Shown piece by piece: positions 1 to 12,856 of a DNA stretch of 64,000 nucleotides. The DNA is from Azolla caroliniana (taxonomy: Eukaryota > Plantae > Polypodiophyta). The translations under genes were made by a program, and so were the position numbers. The stretch lies in contig JBHGNT010000012.1 of assembly GCA_043228905.1 (NCBI GenBank), forward strand, positions 8,990,001 through 9,054,000, written 5' to 3'. Below the pieces are notes generated by a model that worked only from the letters and a program-made list of their open reading frames with translations, made no database searches and was not told the origin of the DNA. Numbering within the stretch: the stretch's first letter is position 1; every line of letters starts with the position of its first letter.

Positions 1-244
1 TCATAAATTATCGTATCGCGCATCTCCAAATGCCGTCTGAGCCTTAGTGATATAGAGTGCCGGTAAAAAGGCAAAAATTGCGGCTTTGTACCGCCAATCA
101 GTTCTTGGCGTCTAACGTTAGATGTTTGGGTGGGATGCCAGTGCCAAGGAAATGTGTCATGTCCATAATCCAAGCGTCTTCGTGATCTGTGGGCAGGGTT
201 GCAATCATATTCACGGCTGGTGCTTTGCCGCGATTGTTCGTCGG

Positions 245-1250
245 ACATTGCGTCACGAAATGGCCTGGTTGATTACAATTGAAGCAGGTTAGAGTGGCGG
301 AGTTGTTGGGCTCTCCTTTCTCGAATTGAGGTTGCGCTAGGTTGCGAGGTAGATCTTCTCGAGCCGGTGGGGGATAGGACTTTGGAGAGTTGTTACGAGA
401 CTCAGCTTGAGGAGGCTGCCGATTATCATTGTGCGGACTGTCGCGACGACTATTTTCGAAGGATCATTGGTTATTCCCGAAATGCAGGATGCCGCGATGA
501 TGAGGTGGAGGATGTTGGTCATGTCGTGGGTACCGGGTGTCGGGACAGTCCTCACAGTAATAGGGGTCCTCCTAATAATAGTGTTCATCACGGTAGAAGC
601 GTGGCCAATAGTATGGTGGCTACCAGTGAAAGTGATCCGGTTCGGGGTGGTATCCATCGTGGTGGTGAAGCCAATCATCCTCCCAGGATCGTTCAACGTC
701 TCTGTTCCGTAATGGGGGTCGCTCCTCCAGTTGTGAACGATCGTGGTGTGGCTCGATTTGTTGTACAAGGACCGAGTTCGTACGATTGAGCATGTTATAC
801 TCACATTGCTCAACTGTATGCGCTCTGGAACGGCAGATGGGGCATTCTGATCAGAGAGGGCAATCGATCGCCGAGTTACCGAACTTGGTAGACGTCGTGC
901 ATTGCAGTGCTTGCCAAAACTGGGTCTCCTCTATTGTTGGCAAGGAGATTTGGAGCGTGCCCATGGAGAAAGAATTATTGTGATGAGCCTTATCTAAAGC
1001 AATAGCACAAGCACGAGCGAACACTTGCTTGATAGTGTGTTGGGAGAAATCTATGAGGGCCAACGTCGTGCTCAGTGACTCCTGGAGTCCAGCAAGGAAT
1101 GTATCATTTAAATGGCTAGCGGACACATCATGTGCGAGTTGCCGGTAGAGGGCTTGGAAACGGATGGTAAACTGAGAAACTGTTTCATTGGGTCCCTATG
1201 CAATGGTATAGAATTGGCTTTCCCCATGGAGAGAAAAGAGCGGATGTGAG
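245..1250 (-). pseudogene. gag: gag remnant of element A with CCHC zinc knuckle
   Basis: 245-286 translates to CFNCNQPGHFVTQC; retrotransposon gag core in ORF 851..1126; disrupted reading frame. Confidence 0.75.
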
Positions 1251-1564
1251 CTTCCGCGTCGGAGTGGTACGACATTGCGTTGAGATCTGAATCATTCGGC
1301 AGGGCCGGGGAGGGGTTGAACTCGGCTTGAAGAGAGACTGTCGGTGGACTCGCAGGAGTGACGAGTTCGGGGTTGGTGCATGATTGTGTATCGGGGATGA
1401 TTTGTGAGTGTTGTGATTCTGGGGTTTCGGGGTTTCGGGTGATGAGTGTTGAGTGATTGTAGAGTCAGTGGTATCCCCAGCTGGCTCGGCACGGTAGGAG
1501 GAGGGCCAAGAGTGGGTAAGGTGATTGGGCGTCGTACTGGCGACTGGGGGCGTCCACCGACGTT

Positions 1565-1883
1565 TGTTCGTTGTGATGCACAACGTGAACCAAGCATGCC
1601 GAATTGTGTTGACTCCCTCTTCAATACGTGGTGGACACAACAAAAATACGTGTAGGATTGCTATGCAACCCGTTCGTGTAACGAACGGCCAGCATACTCA
1701 GACATAAACAAGACCTCAATACAATAATGTGGAAATTCGTAATGATCTTAACACAAAGCAGAGTATTTACCCAAATTTGTATATATATTACGATTCAAAA
1801 GAAAACATAGTACACAGCTCACGGCCGGAATTATGACAAATGTAATTATAGTTATGTATCAGAATCTGCTATCTCAGCTAACA
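1565..1883 (-). repeat. Putative 5' LTR of element A
   Basis: TG...CA ends with imperfect terminal inverted repeat (tgttcgttg / cagctaaca); partner LTR lies outside the window. Confidence 0.45.
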
Positions 1884-4800
1884 ATCTCTTTTTCCTCCCT
1901 TGTCTACGTTTTGCTCCATGTTCTTTATAGTTCTTTTCTTCTTCTTGCTCGGCGGGCTTTATTCTTCCCTCATTTTCAGCTGCATGTATTACGGCTAGCT
2001 GTGTTCTTCGTTAACTTCTTGATTTCGGTTGCCTTTACCTACTTCGCCTACCTTTGGGTTCGTTTCATACTTAATTTACAAAATTGGCCCACGAACAATA
2101 GTTCATAAACGTGGATCGGCATATCCTCTTGTCGTTCTTCATCATCGGCTACTACACTATCTTCTTTGCAGGAATCTGAGAGCCGAAGTCATATGTGTGC
2201 TTCTCTATTGCTGTTCATGATCCAATAGGGACCAGTTCATCTAAACCGTAATTTCCCTGGCATAGACCCCATTTTAGTTTAAAATACCAACACTAGTTTG
2301 CCGATGTCATAGAGATTCTCCTTTCCTTGTTGGAGTTGATTGACAAAGGCTTTTGTTTTCCTTTGTTTATGTTCTAAATGCCATATCGACTATAGCCAAC
2401 TTTCTTCTAATGTGAGAAGTTGCTCTTTTTCGAATTCTTTCTGGATGTTCCTCATCCAATCCCTCTGCCACCCGCACTCTTAAACTCGAGATTTGGAATT
2501 CAATTGGTATGACTGCCTCTAATTCGAAAACCATCTGAAATGGAGTCAATCGAGTCATAGTTTTGTAGGTTGTTTGATATGCCAATAATGTACTATGCAG
2601 TTTTCAATCCTAGTCCATGCGATTGTCATTGATAATTTTTCTTTAAAATCATTTGAATTGTCCTATTGGTCGATTTTGCTAATCCATTTGCCTATGGATA
2701 ATAAGGTGTACTCTTCTTGTGCACTACTGCATAACAATTTGTCAATTCATAAATTACTTTATTAATGAAATGAGTATCGTGATCGCTTACTAGTTCTATT
2801 AAACAGTCAAATCTACACCAAATGTATTCATATAGAAATGTGGCAGTTGATGCTGTCGTATTATCTCGGAGAGGCTTTGCTTCGACCCACTTGGTACAAT
2901 AGTCAATGGTGATTATAACATACCAATTACCAGTTTTTGCTGCTGCCGACTTAAATGGCCCGATAAAGTCTAGACCCCATTTTTGAAATAGTTCGAATGG
3001 TAAGACTAGTTGATGAGGCATTTGATCCTTTTCATTTGGTTGACCATATTGTTCATAGTACTTTACCGCTTCCTTCATAGTCGTAGGCCACCACAGCCCA
3101 CTATTCCATATTTTCCAAGCTGTTGTTTCTCCTACATAATGTCCGCCGACAAGTCCACTATGGGCCTCGCGTAAATGGGTTTCTTTTTCGAATTGTCTAA
3201 CCCCTCGTCACCACATTCCATCAGCTCCCTTATGATACAATGTTTCCTTCATCAAACATAAATTCTGACTTCGAACAACCAATCGTTTTCTTTCATCTGG
3301 TGACATGCCTTCTACTGGTAAGCCCGTACTTAGGAATGTAATCATCTCTGTAATCCATAAATCTACATATAGTTTATCTACTTCTGTTGAATTAATAGCG
3401 TCTACTCTGAAGAGTTGGGCATCTGGAAAATCGCCTCAACCACCCCCACCCAGTTCTCCAGACTCTAATAGACTTAAATAGTCCGCTACTGCATGTTGCA
3501 CTCTAGTGCAATGAATGATGTGGAACTTGAACTCCTGTAAGAGAAGCGCCCATCTTGCTAATTTCCCAGTTAAAGATTGCTTTGACACTAGGTAAAGTAA
3601 AGCTGAATGATCAACATGAAATGTGAATTTTCGCCCGAGAAGATTGTGTTGAAACTTATTAACCCTATAGATCATGGCCAGAGCTTCTCGTTCTGTCGTT
3701 TAATAATTCTGCTCAGCCGTTGATAGCTTACGAGTTGCATAGTAAATTGGTTGATACCAATTGGGCTCTAATAATTGCATTACTGCACTTCCAATTCCTA
3801 TATCTGAGGCATCGAGAAAGACATGAAAGCATTTTGCCCAAACTAGTGGTTGCACAACCGGAACTTGAGACAACATTTGCTTTAATGAATCATAAGCATC
3901 TTGTTCAATAGTTGTCCATTGATATGGAGTTCGATAGATCATCGTGTGTAATGGTGTGGCTACATCAACCAAGTAGTGTATCATTTGACTATGCCATCGA
4001 ATTTGAACTACGAATCTAATTAATGCTTTAGTAGTAGTCGGAGGCAGTGCTTCCCTAATTGCTTTTACTTTGTCAGGATCGACAACAATGTCGTCCCGAC
4101 TGATAATGTGACCCAATAATGTTCCATTGGTTACCCCAAATGCACATTTGGTTGGATTCAAACTTAACAGAGCCATCCGACATTTCTCTAAACAGAGTCG
4201 TAAATGTTCTATATGATCATTTTTGGTACTATAAATAGAAAATCATCCAGATATACCTACACAAACACCGGAATGTAGTGTGAAAATATTTCGACTATGT
4301 TTCTCAGAAATGTTGCTAGCGTCGTCTTTAGTTCAAACATCATGACTATTGTGTCAAAAACACCCTATTCGATGACAAATGTTGTCTTCTCTTGATCATC
4401 CGGATGCATTCGAATCTGGTTGTAGCCGCTAAACCGTCCAAGAAACTATAGATCTCGTGTCTGACAACCGCATCGAGGACTCCATCCATAAAAGGGAACG
4501 GGAATGCATCAGTCACCATTGCCAAATTCAGTTCTCTATAGTTGACACATGCCCTAAATTTTCCATTTCTCGTGGGTACGGCGACTATTGGACTAAGCCA
4601 AGTAGCCTTTTTTATAGGCTTGATAAATCAGACTTTCAATAGTTTGTCGATATCTTCCTTAACTCAAATTGCGTAGTTAGGATTCAGGCGATATGGTTGT
4701 TGTTGCACTGGTTTGGCATCCTTGTTAAGGTGAATTTGATGTTGATAGAATGTTGGATCCAACCTTTTCATGTCTTCAAAAGACCATGCAAATACATCTT

Positions 4801-5540
4801 TATATTGTCATAATAGATTTACTAGTGTTGTTTTATAGTTTGGCGACATATCCTTAGCTATGAGTACCGTCTTTTGCTCATTGTCGTCTCCTGCTATATT
4901 GAGCTCCTCCAGTGTTGAAGTTTTTACTCTTTGAGATACTTGCATCTCTCGTTCCATTGCTTCTTGCTGATATCGAAATTCTTACAAGGATTTAGGATCT
5001 TCTTGCTGATTCTGCTCTTTTGAACCAATATTTTCATTACTAATGTCAGAGGTGATGATTTCCACCACATCAATTTCGAACAATGGTACAATCTTTGGAT
5101 TTTCCTCTAGATATTGGTTCATTTCCTTGTCTTCTAACCCTCCATCATGTTTATTGATTCAGCATACAAGGGTACTAATTCCTTCTTGGTTAATATTTTC
5201 TCTTGAGTAGAAACTCGTTCTTTGGTCTTGCCTCTATGGAATGAAATGATATTTTTCTGCCAATTTTGCTTTATATTGGCTATTTTTGGCCATGGTCAGC
5301 CCAATAGTACTAGATATGCACCTGGTGCATCAAATTTTAGAACTACTACTGATATCTAGAATATATGGCCGCCAATTGACAACTCTAATTGTCAAATTAA
5401 CCCTAATGGTTTCAATGAACTTGTATCTGCCATTCTTAGCCAAAACGGGCATACTTCCTAATCTGTAATTCCTAGTCAATTACAAGTGTTTTTGTTTATG
5501 ACATTTACTCTTGGCCCACCGTCTACGATGCTATGGGGAT
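1884..5540 (-). pseudogene. pol: pol of element B (protease, RT, RNase H, integrase), multiple stops and frameshifts
   Basis: ORF fragments 2367..2585 and 2692..3078 (IN), 3436..3675 (RH), 3700..4176 (RT/RH); RT and protease remnants from ~4200 to 5540. Confidence 0.88.
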
Positions 5541-5899
5541 CTCTTGGCCCCGTTTGACGACTTTTATTGAAGAACTGTGCTCATCTATGATTGTCGGTCC
5601 GTTGATCGGATTAGTAAAATTCATTGACACCCGGTCCAACTCTTTCTTTGTGATTATGTGGGCTACTTTCTCTGTAAATCAAGGCACTAATTTTAGTAAT
5701 CCCGCTAGTGGTAGTGTAATATCGCAATCTGCCAAAACTTGCCATGATTCATCCTCTATAGGTGATTGTGTTGTAATTTTTTCTTGTCGCATTCCCGACT
5801 TTATGAGTGTGTCCTTTTGTTCATTATTCTCTTGCAACATTTGAGAGACATTATTGTTGTTGGCTCCATCGACCCATTGCTTAGCTTCCTTTTGAACTG

Positions 5900-7373
5900 C
5901 CTCCTATATTTCCCACTCGGACTGTTGGGTTTTCCTCCAAGTCGTCACTTGTACTTTTGCGGTTACCATATTTACAACTGGAGCCTTCCCTTTTTCCTTT
6001 GTCGGACACTGATTTGCATAGTGTTCATCTTTTCTACAGATATAGCAATTAGGTTCTGTCGGCCCATTAGCTTCTCCTTTCTCATAACGTGATTGCCGAA
6101 CATCTTGTGGCTCCAGATCATCTCGGGTTTTAGAATTATATTGAAATTGTCGAGATGCCTTGGGTCGCCTATTGTCGTCCTAGTGTTTGTCACTAAATCG
6201 ACTATTTGTTTCTCGATTTTCATCATCTCTCCTTTGGTCGTAGAATCGTGTGTCATTGTGATGTCGATGAACGTTATATGGACATCGATCATTTCTATCA
6301 TGTCTTAGTGAGTAATCATGCTCATATTTGTGACAATTATCCCTCCTGTAATCATCATAGCGATCATCCCTTCGATAGTCATCCTGCCGATTCCAATTCC
6401 GATCGGACTAGTAACGATCATAGTATCTTGGCCGATCGTCATCCCGAAACCGTTGCATTTGTCGATTTCTATCATGTTGGCAGGCATTATGTGATTCTAT
6501 CGGCCTTACGAGAGCCACAACTTCCTAGAGGACATTATTTTCGCACTGTTCGATTGTATGTGCCTTCGAATGGCAAATTGGACAATGTGTGCGTAATGTT
6601 CATTCCAATGTAGAATGCCCCAGATTTAATCATGTTGTGCATTGAATTGCTTGTCGGAACCTTAATTCTTCTGGAGTTGGTAATGATTTTTGTAATGATG
6701 TCATCGACATACTATGACTTGTTTGCATTTTATTCATTATGAGTGCTTTGTCAATCACCTGTTCTAGTGATTGTTCTTTAAAATTGAACAAGGCAAATGT
6801 TGTCCAAAGCGGCTCTCATAGTGCCGATAAGAAAGTGTCTTTCACATCTTCCTCTGGAAGGGGTCGTGCTAACTACCTCTAAAGGTTTTGAAACCGAATA
6901 ATAAATTGTGGAACAGTCTCCTAACCTTCTTGGTAAGCCGCATAGAATTGACTAATGATTTCCCTTTTTGGAACTTGTCTATTAAATAACCTGATAAATT
7001 TACTGGTTTATTTTTTAAATGATTCAAATTCACCTTCTTCATGCTGTGAGTACCAATTGGTCGATTTCCCAATGAGCGACAATCCGAATTCTGCGATCTT
7101 TGATTTGTCAGCATCTGCCTCTAACAATCGTTATGAGACATGGTTAGCTTGCCATATCGTAAGGAAAGCACACATGTGCGCTTCTGTGTCAACTTCATCA
7201 TTGTACTTAGGATAGGGATACGACATTGTATCCTCCTCAAAAAATTCTATCAACTTTCGTAGGTAATGGTGCTGGTCGGACAATTCCTTGTCCGAACTAT
7301 TGTCAGTGTATAAACTAGAGACTTCTCTTAATTCCTCTTCAACCTCTTGCTGAATTTGGTTGAAAAAATCCAA
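5900..7373 (-). pseudogene. gag: gag of element B with zinc knuckles and a D/R/H-rich low-complexity tract
   Basis: ORF 7131..7373 (YPYPKYNDEVDTEAHMCAFLTIW); CCHC-like motifs near 6000-6040 and 6580-6640. Confidence 0.7.
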
Positions 7374-7593
7374 ATTAGTCGAATTACCTTCTTCTACATG
7401 TTGGTTCTCTGATCTAGTGCGTGGTCTTCTGCTTCTTGTAGGTTGGTTTGTACTAGGTCAACTGGGTGACATCCATTCTCCTTGTTCTCTGTTCATAACA
7501 AATGTAACCGAGTGTGTCAAATTATTGTGTTTTCTTTGTCGACCGACACAAAGGGTCGGACATCTTAATCACTAGTCTTCCTATCAAGAAGAT

Positions 7594-8025
7594 TGTGGTT
7601 GGAGATGGAATGGTTGTCGACTATGATAATTAATTACGCAAAACATCAGACAAATATTAATTACTCGGACTTCATTAATATAAATATGAAATATGAACTA
7701 GATCAACTGATAATTTATATATATAATCTGCGTAATAGAGAGATTAAACAAATCATATGACACAATGTAGACTCTTAACTATAAAAATTATATTAATAAT
7801 CAAAACACACCGATGTTGATAAAATGCTCTCAACCCCCTTTTTATAGGCGACCTGAGAGACTTTTCCAAGATAATACACTTGCTTGTTCGGCAAGAACCT
7901 ACAGTTACCTTAACTATTCTATTTTCTTAAATATTCCATTTCCTACTTGGAAAAAATTGTGGTTTTGTTACTTCATGTTGACAGTATATTTACTCTACGA
8001 CTCCGACCCCGATCCGACTCCGACT
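7594..8025 (-). repeat. Putative truncated 5' LTR of element B
   Basis: AT-rich non-coding block upstream of gag, minus-strand TATAAAA near 7840-7846, ccgact repeats near 8000; no partner LTR in the window. Confidence 0.35.
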
Positions 8026-8038
8026 AGTGTAATTTAGC

Positions 8039-8385
8039 TAGCCGACCGGGTAGCACACTGTCGAGCACAGAGGCCGAACACCAAGAAGTGGCTATTGCAA
8101 CATGCGAAGACATATGTTTCAAGAGGCTCTTGAAGGATCTGCATGTGGAGGTGTCTGAACTGACAATGATGTAGTATGACAACCTCAGCAACATCCAACT
8201 TGTAAAGAACCCTGTTCTCCATGTCTGGACCAAGCACATTGAGATGCACTATCATTTTATCTGTGAGCGAGTTCTCTCAAGTGATGTGGAATTGCGATAT
8301 GTTCCGCCTGATTGGTAGGTAGCTGACATCTTCACCAAAGCTCTCGATTTGGACAAGTTGCGGCAATTCTTGAGCATGCTGGTAT
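8039..8385 (+). pseudogene. pol: Ty1/copia RNase H 3' end (Bryco/RLC5-like host element)
   Basis: Translates LSSTEAE...DNLSNIQLVKNPVLHVWTKHIEMHYHF...VADIFTKAL with internal stops. Confidence 0.88.
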
Positions 8386-8631
8386 ACAACACCTCAACAT
8401 GTTGAACTTCAGTTGGAGAAACAAGAGAGAGAGAGAGGGAGGGAGAGGGAGAGGGAGAGAGATGAAGTCCAAAAAACCTAATCAGATGAAGAATTAGATT
8501 TCGGGATGACTAAAGAAACCGAGGATGGATGCAGGGGGACTAGCCAAAAGAATGAGTTGGAACCAACTAAACAAGGAGAATGTAGAGCTGAAAAAGGCAA
8601 GGTAGGTGGTAAATTAAAGAAGGGCGGAGCT

Positions 8632-9237
8632 TGTGAAGAATAGCGCGGAATATCGCTCGGCCACAACCGAGTCTTGAATCACAGAAATGGGGATGAACGA
8701 GAGAGTACACAAAAATGACATAGGATGTTTACGTGGAAAACCCTAATAGGGAAAAACCACGGGAGCCAACGGACTCCAACTATCACTATATGTGAGGAAA
8801 TACAAAGTGGAGGCACAGGAGGCAACGACCTCATGCTCGTGATCTTCGCCAGACGGCGGTTACAACAGAGAGTGCTCGTAGCTACTTTCTCTCTCTCTAT
8901 CGCTCTCTATACAGTAGTTATACACATACAACAATATGTCAATCACAAAAATAACAACTCTCTCTAAAGTGATTGCCCTAAGTCATATTTATACTTATAT
9001 GAACTTAGGGCTATTTACAACCCTCAATAGGCTTGCTCAAGACATATTTACGAATATGCCTCTCTTCCGGTTCTCACCGGGTCTCCTCCGATTTCCAGAT
9101 CTCTTCCAGTTCTCACTGGGTCTCCTCCGATTTCCGGATCTCTTCCGGTTCTCACTGGGTCTCCTCCGGTTTCCGGTTCTCACAGAGTCCTCTTCATTCA
9201 TCATTGGGTCCCATCCGGAGAGACCGATTTCCCAACA
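8632..9237 (-). repeat. 3' LTR (606 bp) of copia 8632-13174
   Basis: Direct repeat of 12545-13174; PPT (atctcccccta on +) adjacent at 9238-9248. Confidence 0.95.
9061..9177. repeat. 3 x 39-bp tandem repeat in U3
   Basis: Unit tctcttccrgttctcacygggtctcctccgrtttccrgw; about 2.5 copies in the other LTR (13025-13125). Confidence 0.9.
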
Positions 9238-9280
9238 ATCTCCCCCTATACTCCGGCATGGGATGTCTCGTCAGCCCGAT

Positions 9281-12200
9281 CTACTTTCGGCATGCGTCCA
9301 GCTTGTCGGTTTTCAACACCTTGGTCAGCGTATCCGACCTATTCTCCTCCGTGTGGATCTTCGCCAGCACGAACTCTTGATCTTCTACTCTCTCCCGAAT
9401 CCAGTAGTACCTCCACTGGATATGTTTCGTCCGGGAATGGTAAGCCGCGTTCTTTGCAAAGTGGATGGCGCTTTGACTATCACAGTAGAGTCGGTATTCC
9501 TCCTGTTGGATCCCTAGCTCTCCGATGAAGTACTTCATCTAGATTATCTCCTTGTCGGCTTCTACAGCTGCCATGTACTCCGCCTCCGTGGTTGACAATG
9601 CAACCGTCTTCCACAGCCTTGACTACCACGAAACAACTCCCCCTGCATAGGTCATGACATATCCAGACTACCGACATATCCGAATCCATGAATTCATCAA
9701 GTTGGGGTTTTCCAGAGCCAAACCAGAGGCACATACTCGTGGTGCCTTTCAAATACTGGAGTATCCACTTGACCGCGTTCTAGTGCTCTCTTCCGAGATC
9801 GCTCATGAACCGGCTCACCACTCTGACTGCATATCCGATATCCGGCCAGGTACATACCATCACGTACATCAAACTCCTGACGGCAGAGGCATATGGTATC
9901 TTCATCATATCCATCTTCTCCGCCTTTGTCCTCGAGCTTTGTTTTCTGGATAGCTTGCAGTTTCTCGGAAGTGTCGATCCAACCGGTTTCGCCTCTAACA
10001 TGTTGAACCGTTGAAGCACCTTTGTCACATACTTCTCCTGCGTCTTGTGGTAACCTTGATCATTCATGAAGGAGTCGAACTTCCAGTACCATTGTCGAGG
10101 AGCTTGCTTCAATCCGTATAGGCTCTTCTTCAGCCGACATACCAGGTCCTCCTTCCCTTTCTTCTTAAATCCTTCCGGTTGATGCATGTAGATCTCTTCT
10201 TCAAGGTCACCATGGAGGAATGCCGTCTTCACGTCTAGTTGCTCTACCTCGAGGTCCATGCTTGCCGCTATGCCCAATACCATCCGTATGGATGTCATCT
10301 TTACTACGAGGGCAAAGATCTCATCGAAGCCCACTCCTTTCTTGTGTTGGAAGCCCTTCACTACGATTTGGGCCTTATACCTTAGTGGATTTCCGGCATC
10401 TCCCGGTTTCAGCTTGTACAACCACTTGTTCTGGAGTGCTCTCTTCCCTTTCGTCAACTCTGTCAATTCATATGTGTGGTTCTCATGTAGGAAATCTATC
10501 TCAAACTGCTTGCCACTCAACCACTTGTGGTTGTGGGTGTCTCTCTTTGCTTATTCGAAGCTTTCCGACTCCCCCTCATCGATTAGCAACACATGCTCTG
10601 CATCTGGAAATATATGGAGGGCTCTTCTCTCTCGGAGAGGATATCTCCGTCCTTGGTATCTGACTACCGGTTCCTGCATCTGTTCCAAATCCGAATCCAA
10701 TTCGGGATCTTGTCCGGTTCTGATATCTTCTTCTTCTTCTTCTTCTTCTTCTTCTTCTTCTTCTTCTTCTTCTTCTTCTTCTTCTTCGATCGGTTCGGTT
10801 TCTTGTCTAAATCCGGCCGGTTCGTCATGTGTCATCCGATTTTCAATCGGGTAGGTCCTTGTGTCCTCAGGCTGGTTTTCATTGGATGATGCGGAGTTGA
10901 TCATCTTCTTCTCCGACTCCCAGTCGGCAATGGTCCTATCTTCCATGAAGACTATGTCCCGACTCCGAAACACCTTCTTGTCGACCAGATCCCACACCTG
11001 ATAACTGAACTCATCATCGCCGTATCCAAGGAATATACATGGCCTGGACTTCGGATCCAGCTTTTCTCTCTTGTCCTTTGCAACATGCACATATGCAAGA
11101 CACCCGAACACCTTCAGGTGCCAGTAAGATACATCTTTACCGGTCCATACTTTCTAAGGTGACTCTCCTTCCAAGGGTGCTGAGTGTGATCTATTTATCA
11201 CATAGGTCATCGTCGACAGTGCCTCACCCCAAAACGTTTTGGGTAACTTTGCATGTGCTAGCATGCTCCGGACTCTCTCAATTATGGTCTGGTTCATCCT
11301 TTCGGCCAGTCCGTTTAGTTCCGGCGTCTTCGGCACAGTAAACTCAAGCCGAATTCCCTTCGATCGGTAGTACTCCTCAAATTGCCCCCGGTATTCTCCT
11401 ATGTTATCTGCTCGAACCGCCTTCAGCAGCAATTTGCATCCGGTTTATGTTGTCAACAACACATCTCCTATGTCGATAATTTGGCATGTACCTTCATTCC
11501 CCATCCGGACACAACCATGATCACCGACTGTGTAGGATGAGAAGCATTTCCGATCCAGTGTCAAGTGGAACGACGCTTCGGAATCGACAACCCACGTTGT
11601 CTCATCACTGACAAGGTTTAACTCATTCTCTTCGGTGATGAGAATCAATTCTTCTTCACTTGTCGCGATTGCCGACGTTCCCTTCCGATCAGGGCCTCTA
11701 CAGTCTGAACCGTTCTGGTTCGAACTCTTCTTCGAATCGGTGGTGTCGTTTTCTTTCTCCTTCTGGAAATGTCGGCAGTTCTTCTAGAAGTGTCCCAACT
11801 TCCCGCAATCGAAGCACATGGGCCTCCCCCTTGACTTCGACCTCGTCCCTGATTTGTCCCGGTTTTGGGGACTTTGATGCCAGCCTCTTCCCCGGTTGTG
11901 GTCATCTTCCGTGACCAAGACCTTCGGATCTGTTCCGGATTCCCGGTCCTTCTGGTGAGCTTCTTCATCTAGCAAGCTTGATTTTACCCTTGCTAGGGAC
12001 AACTGTTTTCCTTCCGGCCCGGCGTTGCCCAACGTGACAACTAACGTTTCCGAGCTATCCAGGAGGGAACCAATCAGGAGCAATGCTAGTACCTCATCGG
12101 TGAGAGGTACTTCCAACGAGGTTGCCTAGTGGATCAGTCCTTGGAAGGCATTCATGTCCTCCGCCATACTGGAGTCATCCTGGTACCGGAGCCTCACTAG

Positions 12201-12515
12201 CTTCCGAAATACCGAAACCCGATTAACAATATTCTTGTTCTGGAAAATGATGTCGATCTTCTCCCAGAGTTCATGAGCCTTGCTCTCTTCATTGAAGTTG
12301 TTGTACAGGCTCATGTCGATGAAGCACCGGATGTATGCCTTCATCTTCATGTGCATCACTTCCCACACTGTGGCGTCGATCTTATCCGGTCTCTTGTCCC
12401 CGAACTGGACCGGCAACCAAAGATCTTTAACCACCAGCATGTCCCTCATCTTCGACTTCCACACTGAGTAGTTGGAGCCGGTGAGCTTGAACATGCCGCC
12501 CAACGATTCCTCCAT
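9281..12515 (-). pseudogene. gag-pol: copia gag-pol with stops and internal deletions
   Basis: gag KLTGSNYSVWKSKM, zinc knuckle CFDCGKLGHF, protease WVVDSEASFH, IN NGLAERMN, RT QLDVKTAFLHG / SLYGLKQAPRQW, RH YCDSQSAIH. Confidence 0.93.
10727..10787. repeat. (TTC)n microsatellite encoding poly-Glu in the IN-RT linker
   Basis: About 20 perfect units, in frame in ORF 10551..11111. Confidence 0.95.
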
Positions 12516-12529
12516 TTCCTGTGTTGTTC

Positions 12530-12541
12530 GCTCTGATACCA
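12530..12541 (-). promoter_or_regulatory. Primer-binding site (tRNA-iMet)
   Basis: TGGTATCAGAGC on the minus strand, 3 nt from the 5' LTR end. Confidence 0.95.
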
Positions 12542-12544
12542 GTT

Positions 12545-12794
12545 TGTGAAGAATAGCGCGGAATATCGCTTGGCCACAACCGAGACTTGAATCACAGAAA
12601 TGGGGATGAACGAGAGAGTACACAGAAATGACACAGGATGTTTACGTGGAAAACCCTAATAGGGAAAAACCATGGGAGCCCACGAACTCCAACTATCACT
12701 ATATGTGAGGAAATACAAAGTGGAGGCACAGGAGGCAACGACCTCGTACTCGCGATCTTCGCCAGACGGCGGTTACAACAAAGAGTGCTTGTAG

Positions 12795-12856
<62 letters not shown>

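Larger units (their letters stand above)
1..1883 (-). mobile_element. Ty3/gypsy element A (non-chromovirus-like), 5' part; runs off the left window edge; probably inserted in the 3' region of element B
   Basis: Degenerate gag on the minus strand, similar to element B gag (DTFLAGLQESLSTTLALIDF vs DTFLSAL*EPLWTTFALFNF), plus a putative LTR at 1565-1883. Confidence 0.7.
1884..8025 (-). mobile_element. Ty3/gypsy element B (non-chromovirus, Tat/Phygy-like), degraded
   Basis: gag-PR-RT-RH-IN order on the minus strand; gypsy-type integrase WGLDFIGP...DYCTKWVEAK; RNase H DASD...YYATRKL. Confidence 0.9.

Noticed and set aside
337-813. Overlapping ORFs of 100-158 aa on both strands
   Set aside because: Alternative frames of a low-complexity gag linker in element A; no independent gene features
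1538-1550. TGGCGACTGGGG resembles a tRNA-Arg PBS
   Set aside because: It is on the strand opposite to gag and not downstream of an LTR in that orientation
1884-1900. Purine tract next to the 1565-1883 LTR suggesting a shared tandem LTR
   Set aside because: The region is generally purine-rich element B sequence, and B's own LTR candidate does not match; nested insertion is simpler
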